Notes: generated by a model from the letters alone, not told the origin. DNA of 64,000 nt from Octopus sinensis (GCF_006345805.1 NC_043006.1:37510001-37574000); one strand, 5' to 3'. Positions 27,496-40,764 are shown, counted from the stretch's first letter. Program-made: numbers and translations.

Positions 27496-27531
27496 CTTTT
27501 ATGTTTCGTGCCTACGCTCTTCAACAGAAAG
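27496..27531 (-). ncRNA. Degenerate ultra-minimal hammerhead motif (CUGUUGA), related to 21571-21605
   Basis: Minus strand CUUU-CUGUUGA-A-GAGC-GUAG-GCAC-GAAA-CA-UA-AAAG. Confidence 0.5.
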
Positions 27532-29934
27532 GAATAAGAGAAAATAAACACAGGGAGAATGTAAAAAACCTTGTAGATTTCAGCGGTCGAGCATGGCGAG
27601 TTATTGAAAAAATGTTATATATATATGTGCGTGTGTGTGTGTTTGTTTGTTTGTAGAACTTGACAAGATTTCGCACAGCCAATCCTTGTATGAAGCCCTG
27701 GGATTTCAGTATGAATAAATGTAGGAGCTAAACAAAACAGCTTATATTTATCGTTTAAAGTATTAAACAAACAGTTTCTTATATTCAGATCTAACACTAC
27801 TTTATGCAAACTATTTTCTCACACCAGTTTTCAATACACTTTGATCTGACCGCGAATACGAAATGATTATCTTAGAAAGAAATTTCACGGGTTACCTTTG
27901 AACGTAAGGCGGCAGGCTGGCACAATGGTTAGCACGTTGAACAATACGCTTGGCGGCATTTGTTTCGACGTTCTACGTTCCGAGTTCAAATATCACTGAG
28001 GTCAGCTTTGCTTTTCATCCCGTCGAAGTTGATAAAATAAAGTGCTAATCAAGTACTGGGGTCGATGTAGTCGACTGGTCCCTTTTCTTTGAAATTTCAG
28101 GCCTTGGATCCTACAACGGACCGGCGTCCCATTTAGGGGTAATGTTGTGTGCCCTCGGTCACTTACACGGCATGGTAACTGGGTAACCAGTCACATGTAT
28201 CTCGAACACAAGTAAAATTCAGTGATGCATAAGTTGAAATCTTTTTCATTCGAGATTATTTAGACCAAAATTATTTAGATCTTTTTAAAGAACTGTTTTT
28301 TTAAAACGATATTTTTCTTTCACTTTCCGACATACCGTGTTTGGGTTAGAATTAGAAAAGCAAACTTGTCGTTAATGTTTATTCGTTGAAGTAGGAAATT
28401 TTCGATAACGTTTATCGATAAGTTTTTCATGGAAGCCCTTGAGGTCATACTTTGAAGTTATAAACTTCCCTTCTGAAGTGTAGAATTTTCGTGCTTTCTA
28501 GTTAGTTTTTTCACAAGATATAGCTTGGACTATTGTTCAAATTACGTTATGTTCGATTCCGCAGCAAAAGCTGATGGTATTTCCATCTAGTTTCATTGTC
28601 CACATGGGCTCCTTACGTTTAGTTATTACATAACTACATACACATTACTGTACTTTCAAAGCCATAACAGTTGTATACAGGCAAATATTGATTGCCAATG
28701 TGTGTTATCACAAACTTCGCCATCGTCTCGAATGGTTAGTTTCTTTTTCCCAGATTCTGTTATCTAAAGATTGTTTAGAGAAACTGAAAAAATTCTTCTC
28801 AAAGTGCAGTTTTAAATCGTTTTAATACTTTATATTTTACAGTCATCTGTACTGCATCGGTTTCAACAGAGATTTGAGTAATGAGTAATAGTGATAGTAG
28901 CAATAATGTTTGCTACATATTTTGTATTTTTTTTCATTTTATACAGACTTAGAGGTACGTGGCCTAATGGTTAAAGCGTCGGGCACATGATCCCAAGATC
29001 TAGTGCGGTTTTGATTCCTGAATTAGGCGATCCGTTGTGCTATTGAGCAAGGTGCTTCATATCACATAATTCCAGTCTACTTAAATGAAAATTAGTACCA
29101 ATTTACTACTGGTGCAGCATTTTTTAATTTCTAATGGTCACATCCTCGATATTCTGTTGGGTCGAGAAAGGATTGAGGGGTTCAGAGAATGCGTCTCTCT
29201 GTTCACGGACAAATAATCGCCTAAAACAATTAACGAAAACATGGCACAAACTGTTAGATCATGTTTCCGAGTGATCGCCATGGTTATATGAGAATTGAGC
29301 AATGGTGGTAGTAGTGACAGTGGGGATGACAATGATGATGTTAATGATGGGGTTGAGGTAGGTGATAAAGATGATGGAGCACTCTTAACTTAAACCTCAA
29401 TTAGCGCACCCTTAATGAAACCCTTAATTAATGTACCCATTATGTTATCAGCGTGGCACAGTATTTGGTAAACTGGTCGTATACGGAATAGGTGCAATTC
29501 GTCCGACGGGCTTCCGTACAGTTTTCATTTACACAAATTTACTCACATGCCCTCGATCAGTCTAGGGCTCTAGTAGAATACACGTGCTTTAAAGTATCAC
29601 ATGGTGTACGATTGAACTCGAAATCACGTGGTTGCAAAGCAAACTTCATGTCCACATGACAATGCCGGCACCTAGCCATGACAAATACATACACACACGC
29701 ACGCACACATACATACATTCATGCATACATACATACATACATACATACATACATACATACATACATACATAATACATACATACATACGTACGTACGTACG
29801 TATGTACGTACATACATACATACATACATACATACATACATACATACATACATACATACATACATACATACATACATACATACATACATACATACATACA
29901 TACGTACGTACGTACATACGTACATACATACATG

Positions 29935-30150
29935 CGAGAGGTGCTGAAAAGTTCCCGACTTTGGGCAAAAGAAAATACAGGAGGATCGGTTAATTATGAT
30001 TATATTCAACATAACTCCCTTCTCAGATTCACTCACTTATTGCAGCGGTTCTTCAGTTTTTCTAAGCCTTGTAAAAGAACTCGGAAGATTGGGCCTCCTC
30101 CCAGGTCTTTCGCGATACCCATAAAGCAAGGAGCTCTTCAGCACCATCTC
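29935..30150 (-). mobile_element. mariner 3' end remnant
   Basis: Minus strand QGLEKLKNRCNK..NLRRE..E followed by TIR ...gggaacttttcagcacctctcg; homolog on plus strand at 51635-51785. Confidence 0.75.
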
Positions 30151-30324
30151 GTAATGAAGAATGAATACTGCACCACCATTGACAGTATGAAAATGGAAAA
30201 TATACTAAAGGTGCAGGAAAAGTTCTTGATCAGAAAGTGCCAGAGACAAGCCAAATACTTGGGTACGAGCACAAAAATTTTGATATTCTACATAAAGCCA
30301 CTTACCTACATTATATATATATAG

Positions 30325-30394
<70 letters not shown>

Positions 30395-30615
30395 GTGGTG
30401 TGTAGCGTTAACAAGGATGTTGGTTCGAGTCCCACGCGGATAGGAAAGCCTTCTTTTTTCTGTCGAGGGCTTATATGCCCTTTATTAGACTATTTTCCTT
30501 AGTCATTGCACGTGATTGCCATAAGTTTTAAGCTTATATAAAAATACCAACCATCATTATTATTTACAGGATTGTAAAACACGGCGCCGTATAAAAAACA
30601 CATTCGCACCGAAAG

Positions 30616-30670
<55 letters not shown>

Positions 30671-32130
30671 TATATCTATATATATAATATATATATATAT
30701 ATAATATATATATTATATATATATATATATATATATCATACATACATACATATATATGTGTGTAGTGTGGTGTGTGTGTGTTGTGGGTGTGTGTGTTGTG
30801 TGTGCATGTATATGTATGTATAAAAATTATAAATGGCTAAATTCCATGCTAATTCTTTTGTCGTAATAAAGTTAACGTTAACCTATTTAATGCAGTGCGC
30901 ATTAAAAAGCTCATTAGAAAAAGTTATGCGTTGAAGAAAAGATAAACATTAATATCATTTTTATTATCCAACAGTGTGAGAAAAAAACTGACTATTTTTC
31001 CGGTTTATTATAACCTCAGCACAGCAAAGACATCACCGTACTTTCCGAAGTGGGGATGAGAGGTCACAAAGTAATTGTTCTGTATGGTATACTAGTTGAA
31101 ATAGACATTAACATATTTTTAAAATCTAAGTTTCTCAGAGACGCCATTCCCATGAAAAGCAATAGATAAGCTGATGTTAACATATTTAATGCAAGGAGCA
31201 TTAACAAGCCAATAATTATGCAAATGAGTCGCGCTATTTACCCCTTCCACCAAGTACGGGAGATAACTCAGGACATATTTCTGCATCAAAACTTTTTCAG
31301 CGAAGCATAGACTTCATTCTATCAGCTGATGATTCGTTTTGATTACGGTTTACCATAATCTTTGATGAATGAAAAAGATAGAGGCTTCTTACTAGCTTAA
31401 ACATTATGCATAAGCTGTACAGAAGCAGTTTAAACAAATTCATCCAGATTTTTTCTTTTATAAGTTTTTGTCTCAAACAAGGCCTGATACGATGTAGTTT
31501 AAGAGACTACAGAGAAGAATAAGGAGGGACTTCCACATTCAAAAGATATCGATTGGCTGAAAGCTTAAAGGATTGAATACCATAGACCAGATGAAAATAA
31601 AACGATGGGAGTAAGTTCCAGAGGTCAGCAGTTCGAGGAAAGAATCTATCAGAATAAAAGGAAGTGTGATAAAATGTTCACAGAGAAACGATATGCCCGA
31701 GAAGAAAAACACGTTTAAAGGTCTTAATGGAGGGCACGAAATCAGAAAGTTCATCATAGCATTGATCTTGAAAGAACTTGAAGGAAAGTCACAAAGAAGA
31801 TACACTGTTAGCGCAACAAGCGAGTGATTGACGAGCAAAGTATGTTAATAGAAGGAGTGGAAGAATATGTCAAGGAATGTTTAAGATTAAAGCTGTGCTT
31901 TCTAAATTACAAATGGAGAATAAGAAACAACATAGAAATTCATTGAGCAAAAAAGCTTTGATAAAACACCACAAAATATGATAGAAAATGTCAATTATGT
32001 CATATCAATGTGGGAGATTTTACACATGGGGTGACCAGTCAATCTAAAATGTCACCAAGGCATTACAAAAGCATAACGGTCTAAACAAAAACAATGTGTG
32101 TGTGTGTATATATATATATGTATATATATG

Positions 32131-32179
<49 letters not shown>

Positions 32180-32409
32180 CGTGTGTGTGTGTATGTGTGT
32201 GTGTGTGGTGTGTTTGAAGTGGTGTACAGAAATTGTATATTGAGGAAAAACGTGGCAGTCAGAATTTTGGATAATCCTTTATTAGCGCTTTCGTCCGTTT
32301 TCGAACTCGACAAGACAAAATCTAAATCAAAGTACACACACACACACACACACACCACACATACACATATACACACACACACCACACACACACACATACA
32401 CACACACAC

Positions 32410-32462
<53 letters not shown>

Positions 32463-32992
32463 CACACACAAATGTGTATGTGTGCGTGTATGTATATTTC
32501 TGCTGTTATGATTATTTATAAATTCCAACAAGAATTTTGATAGAACATTGCCGTCTGTAAACTTCAACCAAACATAATCACAGCGCTCTTGTTTTATGAG
32601 TGTTGTGATTAGAAAACAAAACAATGACCAAAAATATATTTGTCGAAAGCTACTTAGAAATCTACAGCTTCACAATACAGACCACAAATTCACATTTGTA
32701 CCCGAAATAATTGGCGCAATTGTTTATATTACTGAATATCTGAATATCTCTGTCTAACATCCCAGTTTGCTGAGAGTGTAGACATGAGATGTAACATGAC
32801 TAACCTGCGCTCGTCAAATTCGTGCTGCAGGTCAAACAGAGAGAATATGCAAGGCTTTTCTGAAACAAAACATGTAACGGTTTTTTTTTTCTTCTGTTCT
32901 TCTTATCAACATTCCAGCGATGAAAATTTGTTTACAGTTTGGCAGCGAAACCCATCTTTACAGAATGAAGTTAGAGAAATGAAGAGAAAAGC

Positions 32993-33091
32993 GTTCATTT
33001 GCATGTGCATCCATTTATGCAGAAACATACGTGCATACATACATACGTACATACATACATACATACATACATACATACATACATACATACA

Positions 33092-33125
<34 letters not shown>

Positions 33126-33131
33126 CATACA

Positions 33132-33178
<47 letters not shown>

Positions 33179-33546
33179 TCATACATATATATGGTATTTT
33201 GAATTTATGGGAGGAAATCCCATAAAAAAACTAAACAATTTTGTTAAAAATGGAGAAGAGAAGATGTTAAAATATATAAGAGAATTTTAATTCATGCAGA
33301 CGATCGTTTCGTACAGCGATATAAAAATCATGCAAATTCATGGTTGAATAGAATTAATTACATAATTAAATTAAATTAAATTAATTATATATCACTGTAC
33401 TCTTCAGTGCAAGAAGTATAAACAAAATTTTTACAAAGGACTTGAGAAAGGAAAAAGCAGAATAGGATCTTAGAGATTCATATTTGTCCTTATGAGAAAA
33501 AGAGATGTGAATCCAGTTAGGTTATAACTAAAACTAAACACACACA

Positions 33547-33601
<55 letters not shown>

Positions 33602-33954
33602 TACATACATAAATACATATATATATACATACATACATATATACATGTATATATATATATATATTATATATATATATATATAATAGAAATATGAAAATTA
33701 TTAAGTCTCTCTAATACAGATACATAATGCATACGTACATGACACACATACCAGATATAAGGATCAAGAGTAGTGAAGGAAATTACAAAACACCATATAT
33801 ATATGTATGAGTGTGTATGTATATATATATATATATATATATATGTATGCATGTATGTATGTATGTATGTATGTATGTATGTATGTATGTATGTATGTAT
33901 GTATGTATGTGTGCACGTATGTGTCTGCATAAATGGATGCACATGCAAATGAAC
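32993..33954. repeat. Inverted repeat (arms 32993-33207 and 33780-33954) enclosing a hammerhead
   Basis: gttcatttgcatgtgcatccatttatgcaga / tctgcataaatggatgcacatgcaaatgaac plus mirrored microsatellite blocks. Confidence 0.85.
33295..33411 (-). ncRNA. Canonical type-I hammerhead ribozyme with long stem II
   Basis: Minus strand UGCA-CUGAAGA-GUACAGUGAUAUA-(AU-rich loop)-UAUAUCGCUGUAC-GAAA-C-GAUC-G-UC-UGCA; perfect core, 13-bp stem II, GUC cleavage triplet. Confidence 0.85.
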
Positions 33955-34648
33955 ATTAATGTAGGTTGGTTGCTCAGCAGATGTTAACACAATGGTAAAG
34001 ATAAGTGAAAGCAAGAAAGCATCTATGCTGAACTAATGAGAAATACTCTGATGTAGGTGCAAGCGCATGTGTGTATGTATGTACGTATGTATATCAAAAC
34101 AAAGAGAGATTATCAAGGAATTAGTAATCCAGGCAAAGTACTTCTTAAGCTGTCTGCAGATAAAAAAATACACCGGACTAACAGAAGGGTCTTATGACCT
34201 GCATTGTAGTCCGGGTAATCCGAAGTTGAAAGCCGAACACGAAGTTCAATGCCAATCAGATTTTAAATCCATGTTGCGTTACGTAGTTAAGATGCTATGG
34301 TTCTACGGAAGCTGCTAGTTTCTACGGAAAATACACAGGAGATAAATGGTTTAAATACATTTATTTAGTTACCTATTACCTATTTATTTATTTATATGTT
34401 TACAGCTGTTTCAGATGATATCCACTAGGGTGCATTCATGCTTCAGGTTTATCAATCAATCGATTGATCGACTGAAAGTATAGCGAACCACCAGCTTAAT
34501 GCTATCTTCCGCAGAACCGAAACAAATCACACACACACACGTACACACACATATATATGAATACATATGTATAGCTATGCATATATATATAAATATATAA
34601 TGTATGTATACTATACATATACATAGACATATATATATAATTATATGC

Positions 34649-34700
<52 letters not shown>

Positions 34701-34802
34701 ATGTTTGTATATATATATATGGAAACTGAAAGAAGCCCATCGCATACACACACACGCACACGTGTATACATATATATAGATATATACATCTATCTATCAA
34801 TC

Positions 34803-34837
<35 letters not shown>

Positions 34838-36140
34838 TGTGTGTGTGTGTAATTCATTCGAAAGGTAAATCCTGGGGTCGCTTCGCTGGATTGTGAATAT
34901 TTTAATGAGTGTATATCCAAGAAAATTACAATGAATGCAGAGATTAGTGAATCTGCATATTTTTTTTTTTTTTTTGGTTTCCACAGTCAATTATACTGCA
35001 TATCCGGTTTCAGTTCGACCGGCGCACGTTTCTGCGACATAAAAAAAACTCGCAATTGCATTTATATGCAGCTATTTTCATCAGGATAGCAGTCTATGCA
35101 ACTTTATTCAAGGTCAGTCCACGAACGTGGTCCGATACGAAGTGAATGTATTTAGGTTTGGATAACGTTACTAATGCTTTTGAGAGAAAAGATTGTAAGG
35201 GGAAGATTTGGAAACTTGATATGGCTATAAAACCTACAATATGGCTGACCTCATCCCTACTTTAGGTTTTAGTTCGAAATGGCGGTCCTAGACATTTAAG
35301 TACGTCAAAGTGCATTTTTCAACCCTAGTCTTAAGTGGGCTATGAGTTTGTAATCTTGCGATATTGTGTACAACTACTGGCTATTAAATAAAATAAGATT
35401 AAATATATAAGGTATGACGAATTTATTTATGAGGTCCATACCAAATTTTGAATTGGCCTTGTTCTAAAACAAGTAAAGGATAGAAGATGAACATTTCCAA
35501 ACTTACCAGACTTTTAAAAAATGGTACGTACGAAGAATAACCAATTTGTTCAACTAAAACCCTTGAAGCGGTGCCCCAGCATGGTCGTGGGTCAATAACT
35601 GAAACAAGTCAAAAATAAAAGGTATATATTTCTATGTAGTCATTCAAATGTGTGTGTAAATACGTATGTGTGTATATATTATATATATATATTATATATA
35701 TATAATATATACACACACATATATATATCAAACACATATATTTATGTGTATGTGCGTGTGCGTATGTATGCCCGTATTTCTAAAACACAGTAAAAATCCA
35801 AACATTCAATAAAATCCATATTTTCGTACATAGACACACATGCGTACATACACACGCACGCACGCACACACACGCATACACACACACACTCATAAACACA
35901 CACACACACACAGTGAAGCATGCACGCAGACAAACGGACGCAGGGGCACACACATACATAGAGACATGCATAGATGCAAACACATTGCATTCATTTGCGA
36001 ATATTTACACGCATGTATGCATAAATGCTTTTCCCGTCACAACACCACATATGTATGCATAATATATAGATAATATATAATATATATATATATATATATA
36101 TAATATAATAAGATATATATGTATATAGATATATATAAAT

Positions 36141-36197
<57 letters not shown>

Positions 36198-36201
36198 GAT
36201 G

Positions 36202-36252
<51 letters not shown>

Positions 36253-36705
36253 TATATATATATATATAATCTATATATCTATATATATATATAATATATA
36301 TATTATATTATATATATATATGTAGAGACATACTGCAACGCATACACATGTGTACGCCGACGTAAATGCATTATATATGTACAGCACTCTCTTGTCGATC
36401 AGCTGCTGCCCAGCAAATGCGAATACCTGCTGTAAAGATAAAGAAGAAAAACTCTACCACGGTGAGTTTTTGGGAAACCTGCTGGTTCTTACACTGACTA
36501 AATGTGCATATTTTTAGCCCATTATTGTATATGCGTTGAATTATGTAAGAGAATGCAGAAAACTAGAAGTAACTGGTTCATCTATGTCTTAAAAATGGAA
36601 AATATGAAATACTAAGGTGCTTGAAAGCAAAGCACATTACATACGTTTTAAACGGGCGCGTGTGGTGTGTGCATGTGTGTGTACGTGTGTGTGTGTGTGT
36701 GGTGT

Positions 36706-36758
<53 letters not shown>

Positions 36759-36901
36759 GATGTTACTAACTAAATACTTGCAGAAAACAGAACAATGAGA
36801 AAAGGACTCGATGCAGAGGAGAAGAGTATTACAGTAAAATTACCTTCAAATATGAAAGTCACAAATTACGAAGCTTCAGGGGAATCTGTACACTTGCACG
36901 T

Positions 36902-36947
<46 letters not shown>

Positions 36948-37180
36948 CAAACTTACGGATACATGCATACATACTTAATGGGGTCGATTTGCTCGACTAT
37001 AGGCAGTGCTCCAGCATGGCCGCAGTCAAATAACTGAAGCAAGTAAAAGAATAAAAGAATATATATACATATACATACATACATATATGTATACATATAT
37101 ATATATGGCGGTGCCCCAGCATGGCCACAGCTCATGAGCTAAAACTGGTAAAATGGAAAAATCAAAATAAATCGAAAAAT

Positions 37181-37218
<38 letters not shown>

Positions 37219-37250
37219 AAAAAAGGGGAGATGTGGAACACGAGTTGTGA

Positions 37251-37585
37251 TATATAAAAAAGGAAATGAAGAAAAGGCTGACAAAAATTTTAAGTAAGGG
37301 AGAGTGTATTTAATTAGGTGAAAGTTCTTTTACCGTTGCGCATTTGTTATGCTTATCAAAAGATATTTTTTTAGAGAGATAGAGTTCCTTTCTGATAGAT
37401 TTTTTTCTCTTATCTGATAAGATAAGAGAAAAAAATCTATCAGAAAGGAACTCTATCTCTCTAAAAAAATATTTCTTTGATAAGCATAACAAATGCGCAA
37501 CCGGTAAAAGAACTTTTACCCTAATTAAATACACTCTCCCCTTACTTAAATTATTTTGTCAGCATTTCTTCATTTCCTTTATATT
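37251..37585. repeat. Near-perfect ~330-bp palindrome with mirrored hammerhead-like motifs
   Basis: Arms are reverse complements apart from a few substitutions and homopolymer indels; centre ~37415-37420. Confidence 0.9.
37472..37512 (+). ncRNA. Hammerhead-like motif with UUGAUAA core and GCAA in place of GAAA (mirror at 37325-37363 minus)
   Basis: UUUCU-UUGAUAA-GCAU-AACAA-AUGC-GCAA-CCGG-UA-AAAGAA. Confidence 0.5.
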
Positions 37586-37653
37586 ATATACTATATACTA
37601 TATATATATAATATATATATTATAATATATATAAATATAATATATATATATTC

Positions 37654-38040
37654 ACTCTTTTACTTCTTTCAGTCATTTGACTGCGGCCATGCTTGAGCAC
37701 CCTTTAATCGAGCAACTCGACCCCGGGACTTATTCTTTGTAAGCCAGTACTTAATCTATCGGTCTCTTTTGCCGAACCGCTAGTGACGGGGACATAATCA
37801 CACCAGCATCGGTTGTCAAGCAATGCTAGGGGGACAAACACAAACATACACGCACACATATATATATACATATATACGACGGGCTTCTTTCAGTTTCCGT
37901 CTACCAAATCCACTCACAAGGCTTTGGTCGGCCCGAGGCTATAGTAGAAGACACTTGCCCAAGGTGCCACGCAGTGGGACTGAACCCGGAACCATCTGGT
38001 TGGTAAACAAGCTACTTACCACACAGCCACTCCTGCGCCT
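37654..38040 (-). mobile_element. SINE family A, full length
   Basis: Head aggcgcaggagtggctgtgtggtaag on the minus strand through to the tail. Confidence 0.9.
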
Positions 38041-38115
38041 TATATATATATATATTTACGTTTGTGTATTCGCTTTGTAAGATTCTTGATATGAACTCGT
38101 GTGTTGAAACAGATG

Positions 38116-38420
38116 ATGTTGTATTTGGGGATGGTCATGTTGCCAATTTAGCCAATGGAAACACAAGCACTATTGAGTTGGTGTTCACTAGCTTCAGCTT
38201 CATTTCATATTAATTGTATTTCGCCAGATCGATTGGAAGGAGAGGCACAAAAAAGAAAGAAGAAAGCAAAGGACCACCGATGAGGTCACAGAAGTGTGAC
38301 GAAAGAACTCTGGCCGAAATACAATTAATATGAAATAAACCTGAAGCAAGTGAACACCGAATATATTTGTGTGCGTTTTCATGGGCTAAAGTAGCAACAT
38401 GACCATCTCCAAATACAACA
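38116..38420. repeat. Inverted repeat (arms ~38116-38227 and ~38310-38420)
   Basis: atttcatattaattgtatttcg / cgaaatacaattaatatgaaat and tgttgtatttgg / ccaaatacaaca. Confidence 0.8.
38274..38313 (+). ncRNA. Minimal type-I hammerhead motif (CCGAUGA core variant)
   Basis: CCA-CCGAUGA-G-GUCAC-AGAAGU-GUGAC-GAAA-GAAC-UC-UGG. Confidence 0.65.
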
Positions 38421-38421
38421 A

Positions 38422-38485
<64 letters not shown>

Positions 38486-38751
38486 AAAGTAAAAAATATA
38501 TACAAACTGGACAAGAACGTGAAACACCTAGAAGACGACACAAGAACCACAGGACGGGACATTCGAAGCCCTCAGTCATCAGTCAAGAACCGGATCATCT
38601 TAGCAATTTCGGCTGATTAATCTTGGTATATATATATGTATGTATGTATATATGTATATGTATGTATATATATATTACGTTTATAAACTGGCAAAATGCC
38701 CATTCCTAAATACAACAATATATATATATGATGATAATAATAATAATGATA

Positions 38752-38790
<39 letters not shown>

Positions 38791-38817
38791 TAATAATAAT
38801 AATAATAATAATAATAA

Positions 38818-39474
38818 CTTTCAAGTTTCTGTGTTTGTGAATTTGTTACTTTAACTCCTCCGAGACTATCCAACAGACCTTGATGAAACATGACACTTGT
38901 GGGGCGCTTATGCCCATGCGGTCACTTACGCACAAGGAAATGTTTTTAAATCGATTTTTAATCAGCATCGATTTTTTCAAAAATCGTAAAATTTCGGCAT
39001 TTTTCGCACTAGCCATCGTGACATCAATTTAACGAAAAATGCCGAAATTTGATAAAGAAATGTTTCACGTGTATTAACAGACGGCTTATTAACGGTAATC
39101 TATTTAGCTGATTCCTCATTCCAATGCGAATTGTTTTATTTGCTAACGTTTATTATACAATTCATTGTTTTAATTTCCCAGTGTTTCAGGTCTTGATTAG
39201 GCAAGAGCATTTTATTTCTCAAGCAAAATTTAGGCATTTTTCACACGAGCCATCGTGACATCAATTTGACGAAATCTACCCCGAAGCATAAAATTTCGGC
39301 ATTTTACGCATATGCACAAAAATGACGACGACACGGGTTCGCTACAATACTCTGCTCATTTTTTTCAGCAAATTCGTCCTACCCATTAATATAGATTTTA
39401 AATTTTTGAAAAATGTTTCATGGCTATAAACAGATATCTATTAGCGGTAAATTTTTACCGGTCACCTCAGCTGG
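38818..39474 (+). mobile_element. Putative non-autonomous Helitron
   Basis: 3' hairpin cggtaa-attt-ttaccg (39445-39460) followed 10 nt later by CTGG then T; internal duplication gccatcgtgacatcaattt; 5' TC end not resolved. Confidence 0.55.
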
Positions 39475-39552
<78 letters not shown>

Positions 39553-39578
39553 ATAGGATTAGCTCGTATACGAGTAGG

Positions 39579-40268
39579 TATATATTTGTAAAAAATGAAG
39601 TTCGAAAATGCTGCTGTATTATACAATTTTTAATTTTTATATATACATTATAACATGTTTCAGTTCCTGAAATGAACCTTATCAAAAAAAGTTATATATA
39701 AAAAAAGACACCTCATGCCGTCAAACACAAGAAATTCATTTATAATACACAACGGAGTCAGACATCTTAGAGTTCATGTATAGTTGATATATAGTTCATG
39801 TATAGTTGATATATAGTTTGAAGTATATGTTCAAAGTGTTTGATGCAGTGGCCAGCGAACTTCCACCATGGGTCATCACAATTGCTTAAGGTAAAAATGA
39901 ATTCCTCGCTCTTTCGGAAACATCAATCTTCTGTATTGACCGCTTTCCACCACTTTGATCTGTTTTTTGTATTGAATACGTATCGCCACCGTGGGCCACT
40001 GCATCGAACACTTTGAACATATACTTCAAACTATATATCAACTATACATGAACTATATATCAACTATACATGAACTCTAAGATGTCTGACTCCGTTGTGT
40101 ATTATAAATGAATTTCTTGTGTTTGACGGCATGAGCTGTCTTTTTTTATATATAACTTTTTTTGATAAGGTTCATTTCAGGAACTGAAACATGTTATAAT
40201 GTATATATAAAAATTAAAAATTGTATAATACAGCAGCATTTTCGAACTTCATTTTTTACAAATATATA
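39579..40268. repeat. Near-identical ~275-bp inverted repeat with 140-bp spacer
   Basis: Arms 39579-39853 and 39994-40268 are reverse complements with only a couple of differences. Confidence 0.95.
40155..40202 (+). ncRNA. Hammerhead-like motif with UUGAUAA core (mirror at ~39645-39692 minus)
   Basis: UUGAUAA-GGUUC-AUUUCAG-GAACU-GAAA-CAUG-UU; stem I AU-rich and imperfect. Confidence 0.55.
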
Positions 40269-40280
40269 TATATATATATA

Positions 40281-40685
40281 TACTCTTTTACTCTTATTTG
40301 TTTCAGTCATTTGACTGCGGCCATGCTGGAGCACCGCCTTTAATCGAGCAACTCGACCCCGGGACTTATTCTTTTGTAAGCCCAGTACTTATTCTATCGG
40401 TCTCTTTTGACGAACCGCTAAGTAACGGGGACATAAACACACCAGCATTGGTTGTCAAGCAATGCTAGGGGGACAAACACAGACACACAAACACACACAC
40501 ATATATATATTATACATATATACGACAGGCTTCTTTCAGTTTCCGTCTACCAAATCCACTCACAAGGCTTTGGTCAGCCCGAGGCTATAGTAGAAGACAC
40601 TTGCCCAAGGTGCCACGCAGTGAGACTGAACCCGGACCATGTGGTTAGTAAACAAGCTACTTACCACACTGCCACTCCTGCTCCT
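40281..40685 (-). mobile_element. SINE family A, full length
   Basis: Homologous to 37654-38040. Confidence 0.9.
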
Positions 40686-40701
40686 ATATATATATATATT
40701 A

Positions 40702-40764
<63 letters not shown>

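Noticed and set aside
30392-30440. tRNA-like A/B boxes (ggttcgagtccc)
   Set aside because: No anticodon arm or cloverleaf; likely a deleted SINE head
34396-34452. Minus-strand CUGAAGC...GAAAC-AGCU-GUA motif
   Set aside because: Core mutated and stem I does not pair
35018-35087. Minus-strand CUGAUGA...GAAAC-GUGC-GCC motif
   Set aside because: No U at 16.1 and stem II does not close at the core
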